11,376 nucleotides of DNA, from UHGV virus genome UHGV-0146776. The stretch is one strand, 5' to 3'. The translations under genes were made by a program, and so were the position numbers. A model generated the notes under the pieces. It saw nothing but the letters and a program-made list of their open reading frames with translations. It ran no database searches and had not been told where the DNA came from. Source of the stretch: a virus. How positions within the stretch are numbered: position 1 is the first letter of the stretch; every line of letters begins with the position of its first letter. Positions 1-8,136 of the stretch are shown here, piece by piece.

Positions 1-35
1 GTCGCCAGTGCCAGATTGCGGATATTTTTAGACAT
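1..35 (-). CDS. N-terminal fragment of the next tail gene (tail assembly chaperone-like by position only); continues beyond the window start
   Basis: Minus-strand GGAGG (45-49) sits directly after the major tail stop. ATG at 44..42 is too close to it; in-frame ATG at 35..33 has about 9 nt spacing. Reading frame MSKNIRNLALA... runs off the window edge. Function is inferred only from lambda-like gene order (V followed by G). Confidence 0.4.
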   Translation of the reverse strand, partial: MSKNIRNLALA

Positions 36-49
36 AGATTTCATCCTCC

Positions 50-754
50 TTAACTGACAGTTACGGTGCAGGAAGTGGAGGTCACCTTATTAATCGGGCT
101 TGCTGAATCAGAAACCTCACAGGTATACGCACCGGCATCTCCGGATGTCACGGAGGCCTTGTTGAAAGTTGCCGATGTCTGCCCGGAAACTGGAGAGCTG
201 CCTTTCTTCCAGACATATGAATAAGGAGGCACACCACCTGATGCCTCAACAGACATATTCAGCGTTTCACTGGCAGAAACCTGTAGTGTACTTTTCAAAT
301 CAGAGAGGAGTTTCAAAGGTTCAGTGGTCAGAGAGGGCTTTCCTTTCAGGCGCAGGGAAAATGTGGCGGCAACAACACCGTTGGTTCCCACAGACCAGGT
401 ATGCTGGCGAACTTCTGCCATAAAGGTAAATCCATTTCCTGACGGGAAAATAACTTTGAAACCGTATGTGGTGTCGTTGTCATAAGCACTACGCAACGCG
501 TTCTGGGCAGCGTTGAGATAAAAGTTTCCTGACATGGAAATCTCTGAAGCAGCCCCAAGACCGTTGATATTCTCCTGCTCGGTAGAACACAGCGTAGTGA
601 CATCAATATCCTGTTTCTGCCCGGCGGTAAACTGAACCTCTTTAATCGTACAGCTCAGTTCAAGAAAACTGGCAGAACTCAGCATTTCTGCCGTTACCGG
701 TGCAGACGAGATCATGACTTTGGTCTGCTGAGAACGTTCAAAATTAGAGGACAT
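50..754 (-). CDS. Phage major tail protein with C-terminal Ig-like (Big_2-type) domain
   Basis: Track ORF 50..805, trimmed to the internal ATG at 754..752, which is preceded by AGGAG with about 6 nt spacing. The longer N-terminal extension would run through the intrinsic terminator hairpin. C-terminal ~90 aa (GGVPPYSYVW...AGAYTCEV...) looks like an Ig-like domain as on lambda gpV-type tail tube proteins. Position is downstream of the head-tail joining genes. Confidence 0.8.
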   Translation of the reverse strand: MSSNFERSQQTKVMISSAPVTAEMLSSASFLELSCTIKEVQFTAGQKQDIDVTTLCSTEQENINGLGAASEISMSGNFYLNAAQNALRSAYDNDTTYGFKVIFPSGNGFTFMAEVRQHTWSVGTNGVVAATFSLRLKGKPSLTTEPLKLLSDLKSTLQVSASETLNMSVEASGGVPPYSYVWKKGSSPVSGQTSATFNKASVTSGDAGAYTCEVSDSASPINKVTSTSCTVTVS

Positions 755-766
755 ACTCGTCTCCTG

Positions 767-792
767 AAAATAAAAAACCCGCCAGCGGCGGG
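767..792 (-). terminator. Rho-independent terminator-like hairpin (minus-strand sense) between tail terminator gene and major tail gene
   Basis: Plus strand reads aaaataaaaaa-CCCGCC-agc-GGCGGG. On the minus-strand transcript this is a perfect 6-bp GC stem with 3-nt loop followed by UUUUUUAUUUU. The plus-strand sense has no U-tract after the stem. Confidence 0.5.
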
Positions 793-813
793 TGGGTAAA
801 ATCATTAACGACC

Positions 814-1158
814 TCAGGCTATTACCTGAAATTCAAGCGTAGCTCTGCTCAGACGGGAATCAGGATCATAACCCTGAGTTTTAGAAATAACGGATGGTGC
901 CAGTTCCCTTACCGCATCAAGCGCCTGCTCACGGATATCATCTGCGTCATCAGGAGCCGTTGCCCAGATATCAATCTGCACGGTAATTCTGGATTCAGCC
1001 TGACCATCAAGCACATCAGACGCGATGTCAGACACCACTGAAAACACCAGCCATGGTGGAGATACCGCAGGCTTTCCCTCCGTCAGCGGGACCACATAAG
1101 GATAAACCTGCCCTCCGGCCAGTTGGGACAGAAGAGCATACAGCGTGGCTTCTCTCAT
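814..1158 (-). CDS. Tail completion / tail terminator-like protein (HK97-type head-tail joining region)
   Basis: 114-aa ORF with ATG start overlapping the upstream gene stop (ATGA at 1155-1158). Size and position immediately upstream of the major tail gene match the tail terminator slot. The function call is positional rather than motif-based. Confidence 0.65.
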   Translation of the reverse strand: MREATLYALLSQLAGGQVYPYVVPLTEGKPAVSPPWLVFSVVSDIASDVLDGQAESRITVQIDIWATAPDDADDIREQALDAVRELAPSVISKTQGYDPDSRLSRATLEFQVIA

Positions 1159-1604
1159 TTACTCAGCACCCTATCAATAGCCTGATTCATATGCTTCATG
1201 GCAACCTGTGCTGCCAGCTCCTCTGTCGTATCAAAGGCCGGGCGAATGAACGGATGGGCAGGCATATTGATAGTCCCCAGCTCCACGAAACGCCAGTAAA
1301 ACGCGTTTCGCGGATCGCTGGCTTTCATGCTGTTATCACTGTTTCCGGTTCGCAGATTCCGCCCACGAATGTGGACACCAGAGATAATTTCACCACGACG
1401 CCGTGAACGCTGAGTCAGAATAACCACGTTTTTCTTCAGTTTTCCGGTTCGCTCTGGCGCATGGTCAATAACCGCCTCCCGGATAACCTCTGCACCGGCA
1501 CGGGAGGCATCGCGAAGCACCTTATTACTCTCTGCTCTGCTGAGAAGTTCCAGATCTCTTGCAATATCCGCCAGGCCAGAAAAATCCAGACTAAAATCCG
1601 TCAC
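1155..1604 (-). CDS. HK97 gp10-family phage protein (head-tail joining / tail component)
   Basis: Track ORF 1155..1625 begins with TTG and has no SD. The in-frame GTG at 1604..1602 overlaps the upstream TGA (GTGA) and is preceded by GAGAGGTGG. C-terminal region (AFYWRFVELGT...HPFIRPA) resembles the conserved signature of HK97 gp10-family proteins. Confidence 0.7.
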   Translation of the reverse strand: MTDFSLDFSGLADIARDLELLSRAESNKVLRDASRAGAEVIREAVIDHAPERTGKLKKNVVILTQRSRRRGEIISGVHIRGRNLRTGNSDNSMKASDPRNAFYWRFVELGTINMPAHPFIRPAFDTTEELAAQVAMKHMNQAIDRVLSK

Positions 1605-1939
1605 ATTCCACCTCTCTGGCTGCAAAGTATTTCAAGCCTGGAGGATCGTGCGTCCGGGATCGGCGGCCCGTCGATATTCAGAATGGCTCCCTTGAATGCC
1701 CCGGTCAGCACTTTCAGTCGTGAGGCGGCCGTCACATCGCGCCGGAATCGCATCCAGACTCTTACTGTTGTCTGCGCGGTTTCCGCACCGCCCGATATAC
1801 GTTCCCGCCCACTGATCCCCTTAACCTCTGCCCATACCGTAGCCCCCTCTTTCAGGGTTTCCTCCGGGTGACCGGAAGGGGTACGGGAGGTCGTAATATT
1901 CAGAATAACCACGCGATCACGTAATCTTCCTGCCTGCAT
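1601..1939 (-). CDS. Head-tail adaptor / head closure protein (Phage_H_T_join-like)
   Basis: 112-aa ORF with ATG at 1939 preceded by AGGAGG at 9-10 nt. Size and position after the gp6-like connector fit the head closure slot. Confidence 0.7.
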   Translation of the reverse strand: MQAGRLRDRVVILNITTSRTPSGHPEETLKEGATVWAEVKGISGRERISGGAETAQTTVRVWMRFRRDVTAASRLKVLTGAFKGAILNIDGPPIPDARSSRLEILCSQRGGM

Positions 1940-1948
1940 GAAATCCTC

Positions 1949-2254
1949 CTATGTTCCGGGATGAAACCGATACATTCGGAGTCCGGTATAGAAAAAATCA
2001 GGTACAGCATCCTGCATTTCCCTGTTCTCGTACCAGTAGCCAACCAGTTGCATAAGACGCAACTTTATCAGCGGTGTTATTACAAGCCCGGTCGTATCCT
2101 GATCAGGAACAGTTTCATCGTGAAGTGTCCGGTTTAAAAACTTTTCAGCCTCTTCTCTGGCTGCTGCCAGATACATCATAAGAAGTGCATTCTCCTGTTC
2201 ATTGTCATCATCAATCCGGCACTGAACACGAAGCTCTTCCAGAGTAGGCATCAT
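1949..2254 (-). CDS. Head-tail connector protein (phage gp6-like)
   Basis: 101 aa starting MMPTLEELRVQCRIDDDNEQENALLMMYLAAAREEAE, which matches the N-terminal signature of gp6-like head-tail connectors (L..L..RID.DD...L....AA). AGAGGT SD lies upstream of the ATG. Confidence 0.8.
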   Translation of the reverse strand: MMPTLEELRVQCRIDDDNEQENALLMMYLAAAREEAEKFLNRTLHDETVPDQDTTGLVITPLIKLRLMQLVGYWYENREMQDAVPDFFYTGLRMYRFHPGT

Positions 2255-2265
2255 TTGGGCTACCT

Positions 2266-2454
2266 CTATGAATGCTGTTTTTTAGCCTTATCAGATACCC
2301 GTGCAACAGGTGTTCTCTTATCAGAAACAATCCCTGCTGCAGTGGCAATTTCACGTACCCGTTCGGGTAATTCTTTATCTTCATACTCACCAGCACGAAT
2401 GATCTCAACGCGCATACCGTCCGGTGACCATTTCAGATCTTGTTTCAGGATCAT
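2266..2454 (-). CDS. Hypothetical small protein (62 aa) between major capsid and head-tail connector genes
   Basis: Track ORF 2266..2517 begins with TTG overlapping the capsid gene 3' end. The first ATG (2454..2452) is preceded by AGGTG at about 8 nt and lies just downstream of the post-capsid stem-loop. No recognisable motif. Confidence 0.4.
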   Translation of the reverse strand: MILKQDLKWSPDGMRVEIIRAGEYEDKELPERVREIATAAGIVSDKRTPVARVSDKAKKQHS

Positions 2455-2474
2455 GATTCTTGCACCTGTCAGAA

Positions 2475-2498
2475 CAGGGGCGCAATTCAGCGCCCCTG
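2475..2498 (-). other. Perfect 9-bp inverted repeat (stem-loop) immediately 3' of the major capsid gene
   Basis: CAGGGGCGC-aattca-GCGCCCCTG at 2475-2498, a few nt after the capsid stop (2504-2506 on minus). The following minus-strand sequence is UUCUGAC, only weakly U-rich, so this is a partial terminator or mRNA-stabilising hairpin rather than a strong terminator. Confidence 0.4.
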
Positions 2499-2503
2499 AG
2501 TGA

Positions 2504-3709
2504 TTACGCCGCTGCAATCTTCAGCAGTTTGATGGCCTGCGAATCGACCAGCATGCCGCCGGTGCGCTTGGTGGTATAAAAACCGACAAACGGTTTATTG
2601 GTGTACGGATCACGCAGAATGCGGGTACCGATACGGTCAACGATGGTGTAACCCCGTTTGAAGTTACCAAATGCAATAGCTTTCGCATCAGCGGCGATAT
2701 CCGGCATCTGTTCGTTTTCAGCGATACCGTAACCCGCCAGAGAGGACGGTTGCCCCAGCTCCAGCCCCGGACGCCACAGATAGTTACCCTCGGTGTCTTT
2801 CAGCAGACGGATGGCAAACAGGCTGTTGTTGTTCATCATGAACTTCGCGCCAGTGCGGTGTGCCTTACGCAGCGTGTAAATCAGTTTGATAATGGCGTCT
2901 GCGGTCACCGTCGTCGCTTCACCGGATACAATATGCTGAAGTTTACCGAACGCACGAACCTTATCGGTTTCATCGGTGGATTCATACACCAGGAACCCTT
3001 TTGGCTTCTTAGTGCCATCACCGGTGGTAAAGGCAATTTCTTCCTGTTCGGCAAATTCGGTCGCCAGCTCGCTGTTGATCCAGGCCTCCACGTTGAAGAA
3101 GGCATCATCCAGCATTTTCTGAGTGGCCTGCGGGTTACCGTAGATTTCCCCCATGAGAGGTTCAATCAGCTCCAGTCTGGAGGTGGCAGTCTGGGATCGC
3201 GTATCCGTTTCCCCCACCCATCCGGAAGCCGTACCGCCCAGATTCACCAGTTTTTTGTAGTCGGAACCGCCAACGGTGATCACCGTGGCTTCCTGACGCA
3301 TCACCACTTCATCTTTAAGCAGGTTGAGAATGTTGCGATCCAGCGCTTCCGGCACGGCATAGCCACCGTCTTCATCGGTGCCCACCTGCAATGCCTTACG
3401 CTCCAGATCGCGCAGACCGTCTTCACGGCCTTTACGCAGGAAGCACACAAACGCCTCTTTATGCTCGGTGGCCAGTTTATTTTGCGCACCACCTGCCGGA
3501 CGTTTCAGCTCAAGCAACTCTTTTTCAAGATCGCTTTTGAGGTTTTCCAGCTCGCTGAGTTTCCCGTTCAGGGTTTCCACCTGCCCGGCAAGTTTGCCTT
3601 TTTCCTGCTCAATCGCATCCACGCGCTTGTCGTTCTTTGCTTTGAAGTCGTCAAACTTCTGCTGCAGCTCCTGCGCGACCTGTTCCACATCTTTAATATC
3701 AACCGCCAT
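2504..3709 (-). CDS. Major capsid protein, HK97 family, with N-terminal delta (scaffolding) domain
   Basis: 401 aa. The N-terminal ~100 aa is a heptad-rich coiled coil (EQVAQELQQKFDDFKAKNDKRVDAIEQEKGKLAGQVETLNGKLSELENLKSDLEKELLELK), followed by a ~300-aa body typical of HK97-fold capsid proteins. It sits directly downstream of the prohead protease with no separate scaffold gene. Confidence 0.9.
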   Translation of the reverse strand: MAVDIKDVEQVAQELQQKFDDFKAKNDKRVDAIEQEKGKLAGQVETLNGKLSELENLKSDLEKELLELKRPAGGAQNKLATEHKEAFVCFLRKGREDGLRDLERKALQVGTDEDGGYAVPEALDRNILNLLKDEVVMRQEATVITVGGSDYKKLVNLGGTASGWVGETDTRSQTATSRLELIEPLMGEIYGNPQATQKMLDDAFFNVEAWINSELATEFAEQEEIAFTTGDGTKKPKGFLVYESTDETDKVRAFGKLQHIVSGEATTVTADAIIKLIYTLRKAHRTGAKFMMNNNSLFAIRLLKDTEGNYLWRPGLELGQPSSLAGYGIAENEQMPDIAADAKAIAFGNFKRGYTIVDRIGTRILRDPYTNKPFVGFYTTKRTGGMLVDSQAIKLLKIAAA

Positions 3710-3723
3710 CGTATTTCTCCTGA

Positions 3724-4374
3724 TTAGAAGTTCAGATTTTTCAGTGCATTCAGTGCAGAGCCCACATCCTCAGCGTCGCGCAGGGACAGTGCGCCATAGC
3801 CCCCGGCCATGAATGCTTTGGCCTGGGTACGGGAGAGTCCGACATCACGCAGGACTCTTTCGATTTTTTTCTGTTCGGGGATTTCCCCGCGGGCCAGTGC
3901 GTTCTTGACGTCGCTGATCCGCGCCTCGTCGTTAGACGGGAACGTCACCAGGCTGACTTCCCAGAGGTCGATTTCTTTCAGCAGAAAGGCTTCTTTGCTC
4001 CGGTCGTATTCCCAGTCTTTCAGGACGTACCCAATAGAAAGGCCGGTTAACGAACCGGCCTTCATGTGTGCATGTGCGCGTTTTGCGAGGGGATCATCAT
4101 CAATAAGCAACCGTCCCCTGACGTAAAGCCCGACATCGTCTTCCTTCATTTCGGTGTAAACACCGATGGGTTCATCCATGCGGTGCTGCCAGAGCAGCGC
4201 AGGTAACGCTTTTCTGTCACTCCACGCCCGCAGGGAAGCAGCAAATGCCCCGGACATCACCACATCATCGTGGCTGTCCTTTACACCAAAGACGGAGCCA
4301 TACCCTTCAAACTCACCGGAGTCACTGACAGATTTCAGACTCAGCGGTACATCAAGACGTTGTTTCGTCTGCAT
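3724..4374 (-). CDS. Prohead (capsid maturation) protease, HK97 family
   Basis: Track ORF 3724..4410. The ATG at 4410 has no SD and would overlap the portal gene by about 59 nt. The ATG at 4374..4372 is preceded by AAGGA at about 8 nt and does not overlap. Sequence GSVFGVKDSHDDVV...SIGY is consistent with the HK97 gp4-type protease, and the position is between portal and capsid. Confidence 0.8.
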   Translation of the reverse strand: MQTKQRLDVPLSLKSVSDSGEFEGYGSVFGVKDSHDDVVMSGAFAASLRAWSDRKALPALLWQHRMDEPIGVYTEMKEDDVGLYVRGRLLIDDDPLAKRAHAHMKAGSLTGLSIGYVLKDWEYDRSKEAFLLKEIDLWEVSLVTFPSNDEARISDVKNALARGEIPEQKKIERVLRDVGLSRTQAKAFMAGGYGALSLRDAEDVGSALNALKNLNF

Positions 4375-5593
4375 TGGCGTTATCCTTCTGCTTACCGGCT
4401 TTACTGCCATCGGAGGGTTTCGTGGTCATGTTCATCGGTGTGAGATAGACATCACCACCGGGACGCGGATTCATATCTTCCAGGTCGCGGCAGTCATTGG
4501 GAGAGTAAATTCCCCAGTTAATCCCGGTGGCGTAGGCTTCAAAACGGGACTTCATATCCCCGCGCAGTAACGCCCCGGCGTTAAATTTGGCGTAATAAAC
4601 GCCCTGCTTACTTTTTCGTACCAGTCCGGTGTTGATCCGCTGTTCGATGCGGGTCAGATACGGCACCAGTGAATAGTTGATAAATCCGAGCCCCAGTTCT
4701 TCGATATTGTTGAAGGTGGCGCGATCGGTGTTCTGCACCATGTGCAACGGTACCCGGAACAGACGACAGATTTCTTCAAGCTGAAACTTGCGGGTTTCCA
4801 GGAACTGGCTGTCCTCGGCGTTCAGCGCCATCGACTTCCAGTCCAGCCCCATCTCAAGGATCATCGGGCGGTGAGCATTGCCAAGCCCGGTGTGACGCTC
4901 CTCAAAATCTTTCTTCAGGCGCTCATAAGCCTGATCTGACAGCGTCTGCTCTGTACGCAACACACCCGACGTCACCGCGCCATTGCTGAACAGTCTGGCC
5001 CCGTGCTCTTCGGTCGCTGCCGCCAGCGATATTGCCTCGCGGGCATAGGCGATGGGATTCAGCCCCACCAGTCCGTCCAGCGTCAGCGTGCGCACATGCC
5101 AGATATCCTCCTGGCTCAGTACATCCGTGGAGCCATCCGGGAATGTGACCTGATAGACCGGCTCCCAGCTACTGTTAAGCTTCGGTACCACACAGCCGGG
5201 ATCGACGGGCAGCAGTTCAGCCACTTCGCCAAATGCTTTCACTTTGTAGGCGTAAAAGTTTCCCCGCAGGCACAGACAGGTGACCACCAGCTCCCAGAAC
5301 TCCTGCGGCGTCATATAGCCATTGGGATGCGTGGAGATCAGCTTATGCAGACGTTCGCCAGCGGCTCTCTGCTTCAGACTGCCGTTCAGGTGATACAGGT
5401 TGCAGGGCAACATCCCGACCGACTCCGCCAGCACCCTGACACAGGAAAAAACCGCCGTCAGTCGCATGGCCCGCTGGCTGCTGATCTGCTTTCCGGTATA
5501 GGTGTCGTAGGACAACCCGATAGCATCCGCCAGCTCTGCTGGCGTGGTCACCGGTGCGTCACTTTTTCGTTGAAATAATCCCGAAAAGAACAC
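4352..5593 (-). CDS. Portal protein, HK97 family
   Basis: 413 aa with GTG start at 5593, preceded by GGAGGT at 5-6 nt and overlapping the stop of the upstream small ORF (TAGTG). Size and position between terminase large subunit and protease fit a portal. Confidence 0.85.
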   Translation of the reverse strand: MFFSGLFQRKSDAPVTTPAELADAIGLSYDTYTGKQISSQRAMRLTAVFSCVRVLAESVGMLPCNLYHLNGSLKQRAAGERLHKLISTHPNGYMTPQEFWELVVTCLCLRGNFYAYKVKAFGEVAELLPVDPGCVVPKLNSSWEPVYQVTFPDGSTDVLSQEDIWHVRTLTLDGLVGLNPIAYAREAISLAAATEEHGARLFSNGAVTSGVLRTEQTLSDQAYERLKKDFEERHTGLGNAHRPMILEMGLDWKSMALNAEDSQFLETRKFQLEEICRLFRVPLHMVQNTDRATFNNIEELGLGFINYSLVPYLTRIEQRINTGLVRKSKQGVYYAKFNAGALLRGDMKSRFEAYATGINWGIYSPNDCRDLEDMNPRPGGDVYLTPMNMTTKPSDGSKAGKQKDNANADETTS

Positions 5594-5775
5594 TATTTAC
5601 CTCCGCCGACAGACGACTGTGTACGGTCGAGATATCGCGCCACCAGCCACGACCAGAACAGACACAACGCCCCGGCAACAACAAACCCCGCCGGGGGATA
5701 AATCAGCCAGGCACCATACGCCAGCAAAAGCGCCCCCAGCACGCCCACCAGAGGCGCGAGAATCAGCATGATCAT
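5593..5775 (-). CDS. Small hydrophobic protein (60 aa, two predicted transmembrane helices), function unknown
   Basis: ATG at 5775 preceded by GAGGT. The stop overlaps the portal GTG start and the portal SD lies inside its last codons (VGGGK = GUC GGC GGA GGU AAA). Sequence [49 protein letters not shown] is almost entirely hydrophobic. Confidence 0.5.
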
Positions 5776-5786
5776 AATTACCTCAG

Positions 5787-7520
5787 TTAAAGCGAGCGGA
5801 TCCCATAGGACTCAATGTGGTCAGACAGCGTGTCTTCTTTCTCGTACAGCATGGCTCTGCCAACCGCCATAATCAGCGCAACTGCACCATCGATTTTGTT
5901 TTCCGCCTGCTCTTTGACGGGCTTCACCACATCATCGTTACCCGGAATGGTTTTGCCGACCACGTTGCCGATACACCAGGTCATGATGGGATTGCCATCA
6001 TGATGAAAGCGCCCCGATTCAATTGCCGCTTCCAGCTCTTTCATCGGGTCGGACATGTTGGTGTAGTTCTGAATGATAGTGATGGGGTTCAGGTCTTCAT
6101 CAGCAAGGTCATGTGACAACCCGGTCGCCCCGAAGGGGTCGATGGGTGACTCACTGACCGGGCTGATTTTGTTCGCCGCTTTGGCCTCCTCGAGGATGTA
6201 GCGATAATCCACCTCCGCACCATCGGTAACGGTCAGAACGCCCATTTCCACCCATTTCTGAAAGCGTTCGGCTGTCCGTCGATCTTCATTTTTCTCGACG
6301 CTGTACACCGTGTCATACGGTACCCAGAAACGCGGGGCCACACTGTAGTAATGCGTTTTACCGTCAATCTCGCGGGTATAAAGTCGCGCCATGCTGTTCA
6401 TATCCAGCTTACGCGCCAGGTCAAAGGCCAGAATGCACGGCTGCCCCTCGAACTGCTCAAGGGTCAGTGATTTATCCTCGCAGCTCTGCCAGCTCACCAG
6501 GTTGAAATACGCCGAACGCGCCGACACCCAGATATTGAGGTGTTTTGTTTTAAAGACGTTTGCCAGACGGGCGTTATTTTTCGCACGCTGCTGCTGACTT
6601 AACAAAAATTCGCGATAAACCGACACGCCAATATTCGGGTTAGCTTTTTCCAGCACCTGCGGGTCGGTCCAGTCATCGCCTTCGTCAACGGTATAGATGA
6701 TCCCGAACAGTTCATCGTTGGGTACCGACCCGTTGAGCATCTCGATAACTTCCCGTCGCTTGTCGTAGCACGGCCCCTCAATGTTGTACCCGGCAGTAGT
6801 AATGGCCCACATCAGTGGCTGACGTCGCGCCCCCATCCCGGTAAGCATCGTGGTGTAAAGCGCATCGGTGGCGTGCTCGTGATATTCATCCACCACCGCA
6901 CAGTGGGGTGATGAACCATCACCGGGGTTACCGATCAGCGGTTCAAACCGCGCGCCATCCTCCGGACGATTCATGTTTGAGGCGTTAACCTCAATCCCGA
7001 ACGCTTCCGTCAGCATGGGTGTGCGTTTACACATCAGTCTTGCCGGACGAAAGACTTCCCATGCCTGTTTCTCCGTCGTGGCACCGGAATACACTTCCGC
7101 GCCGAACTCGTTATCACAGGCAAAACAATACAGGGCGACACCGGCAGAGATTGCTGATTTGCCGTTCTTACGGGGGATTTCGGTATACACCTCCCGGAAG
7201 CGGCGCAGCCGGGTGCCTTTATTGACCCAGCCAAACGCACAGCAGATCACAAAGAGCTGCCACGGCTCCAGCGTGATGGGCATCCTCTTGAATGCCCACT
7301 CACCCTTGGTGTGCGGCAACAGCTGAATAAATTTGGCGGCCCGTTCAGCCAGGTCCTTGTCGAAGCGGTAACGAAACGACTTACTTTTTTCCGCCATCAG
7401 GTCATCAAGATGGCGCTGGCAGGCCTGAATCACAAACTGGCAGGCCACAATCTTTCCGCGCACGACATCCCGGGCATACTGATTGGCAGCATTTACGTTG
7501 GGGTAAGATTTCCGGCTCAT
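5787..7520 (-). CDS. Terminase large subunit (ATPase/nuclease)
   Basis: 577 aa. Walker A-like [14 protein letters not shown] near the N-terminal third. ATGA overlap with the upstream terminase small subunit gene at 7517-7520. Position is directly upstream of portal. Confidence 0.9.
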
Positions 7521-8011
7521 GATTCGATAATTTTCAGAAACGGGTTAGTGGCTTTCTTCTTCCCCGCCAGGCCAATCAGACGCTGACGGCTGCTGGGGTC
7601 GAGTCCGAGCATTGCCCCCGTACTGCTCATCTCGGACTCCTGTTCTTTTTTGGCGGTCAGCTCCGGATTTTTGACCATGCCGCCCATTGCGCCGGTGATG
7701 GTGTTGCCCTGTATGGCAATATTTTTCACGGCACGTCGCCAGAACTCATAGGCCACGCACCACCGCTCAAGCACCGCGAGGTCAGTCACGCACAGCAGGC
7801 CCTGACCGCAGAGTTCTTTGGTTGTCAGTTGCCACATGATCGTGGCGAGAGGGAGATCTTCTTCAGCGAACCACTCCGGTGGCTCAACACCTTTGATGGG
7901 CGTAAAAACGGGTTCATCTTTGTTCAGGGCTCGCTTGCCGGGGTTTCCGGCCAGCGCCTTGCGCGCCGTTGGCTTGGGGCGACGCCCGGAACGCCCCGCC
8001 GTTCCAGCCAT
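7517..8011 (-). CDS. Terminase small subunit (P27-family-like)
   Basis: Track ORF starts with GTG at 8020; the ATG at 8011..8009 is preceded by AGGAG at about 8 nt. Basic N-terminus ([13 protein letters not shown]). Sits between HNH endonuclease and terminase large subunit as in HK97-type packaging modules. Confidence 0.7.
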   Translation of the reverse strand: MAGTAGRSGRRPKPTARKALAGNPGKRALNKDEPVFTPIKGVEPPEWFAEEDLPLATIMWQLTTKELCGQGLLCVTDLAVLERWCVAYEFWRRAVKNIAIQGNTITGAMGGMVKNPELTAKKEQESEMSSTGAMLGLDPSSRQRLIGLAGKKKATNPFLKIIES

Positions 8012-8020
8012 ATGCGGCAC

Positions 8021-8136
8021 TCCTGGTTAAATTTCATTTTTCGCGGGTATAAAAAAACGATGGGGCGGGCAGTCCGGAAGACGTCAGGCTGCAGGGATTT
8101 GACCCGCCCCTCCCCTCAGACAGTTGAGAATTATTA
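8021..8136. other. Putative cos / packaging-site region containing a GC-rich 8-bp inverted repeat
   Basis: Non-coding gap between HNH stop and terminase small start. GGGGCGGG (8062-8069) and CCCGCCCC (8103-8110) flank a 33-bp spacer containing GACGTC and CTGCAG palindromes; the adjacent run of seven A (8051-8057) is a U-run for minus-strand RNA. Position matches where HK97-like phages carry cos. Cleavage site not determinable from sequence. Confidence 0.3.

Noticed and set aside
755-805. N-terminal extension of the major tail ORF to the ATG at 805 (MILPTRRWRVFYFQETS...)
   Set aside because: The extension would be translated through the terminator hairpin and has no SD, whereas the internal ATG at 754 has an AGGAG SD at ideal spacing.
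2455-2517. TTG-initiated extension of the small post-capsid ORF (track ORF 2266..2517)
   Set aside because: TTG start overlapping the capsid gene 3' end and running through the 9-bp stem-loop; only the ATG-initiated 62-aa version is plausible, and even that is low confidence.
2750-3727. 325-aa plus-strand ORF antisense to the major capsid gene
   Set aside because: Fully contained in the opposite strand of a gene with strong HK97 capsid features; starts with TTG, has no SD, and its product is low-complexity. Typical shadow ORF in G+C-rich coding DNA.
3378-3812. 144-aa plus-strand Ser/Cys-rich ORF spanning the capsid-protease junction
   Set aside because: GTG start, highly biased low-complexity composition, antisense to two strongly supported genes; considered a frame artefact.
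5003-5578. 191-aa plus-strand ORF antisense to the portal gene
   Set aside because: Arg/Gln-rich low-complexity product, no convincing start context, entirely overlapping a well-supported portal gene on the other strand.
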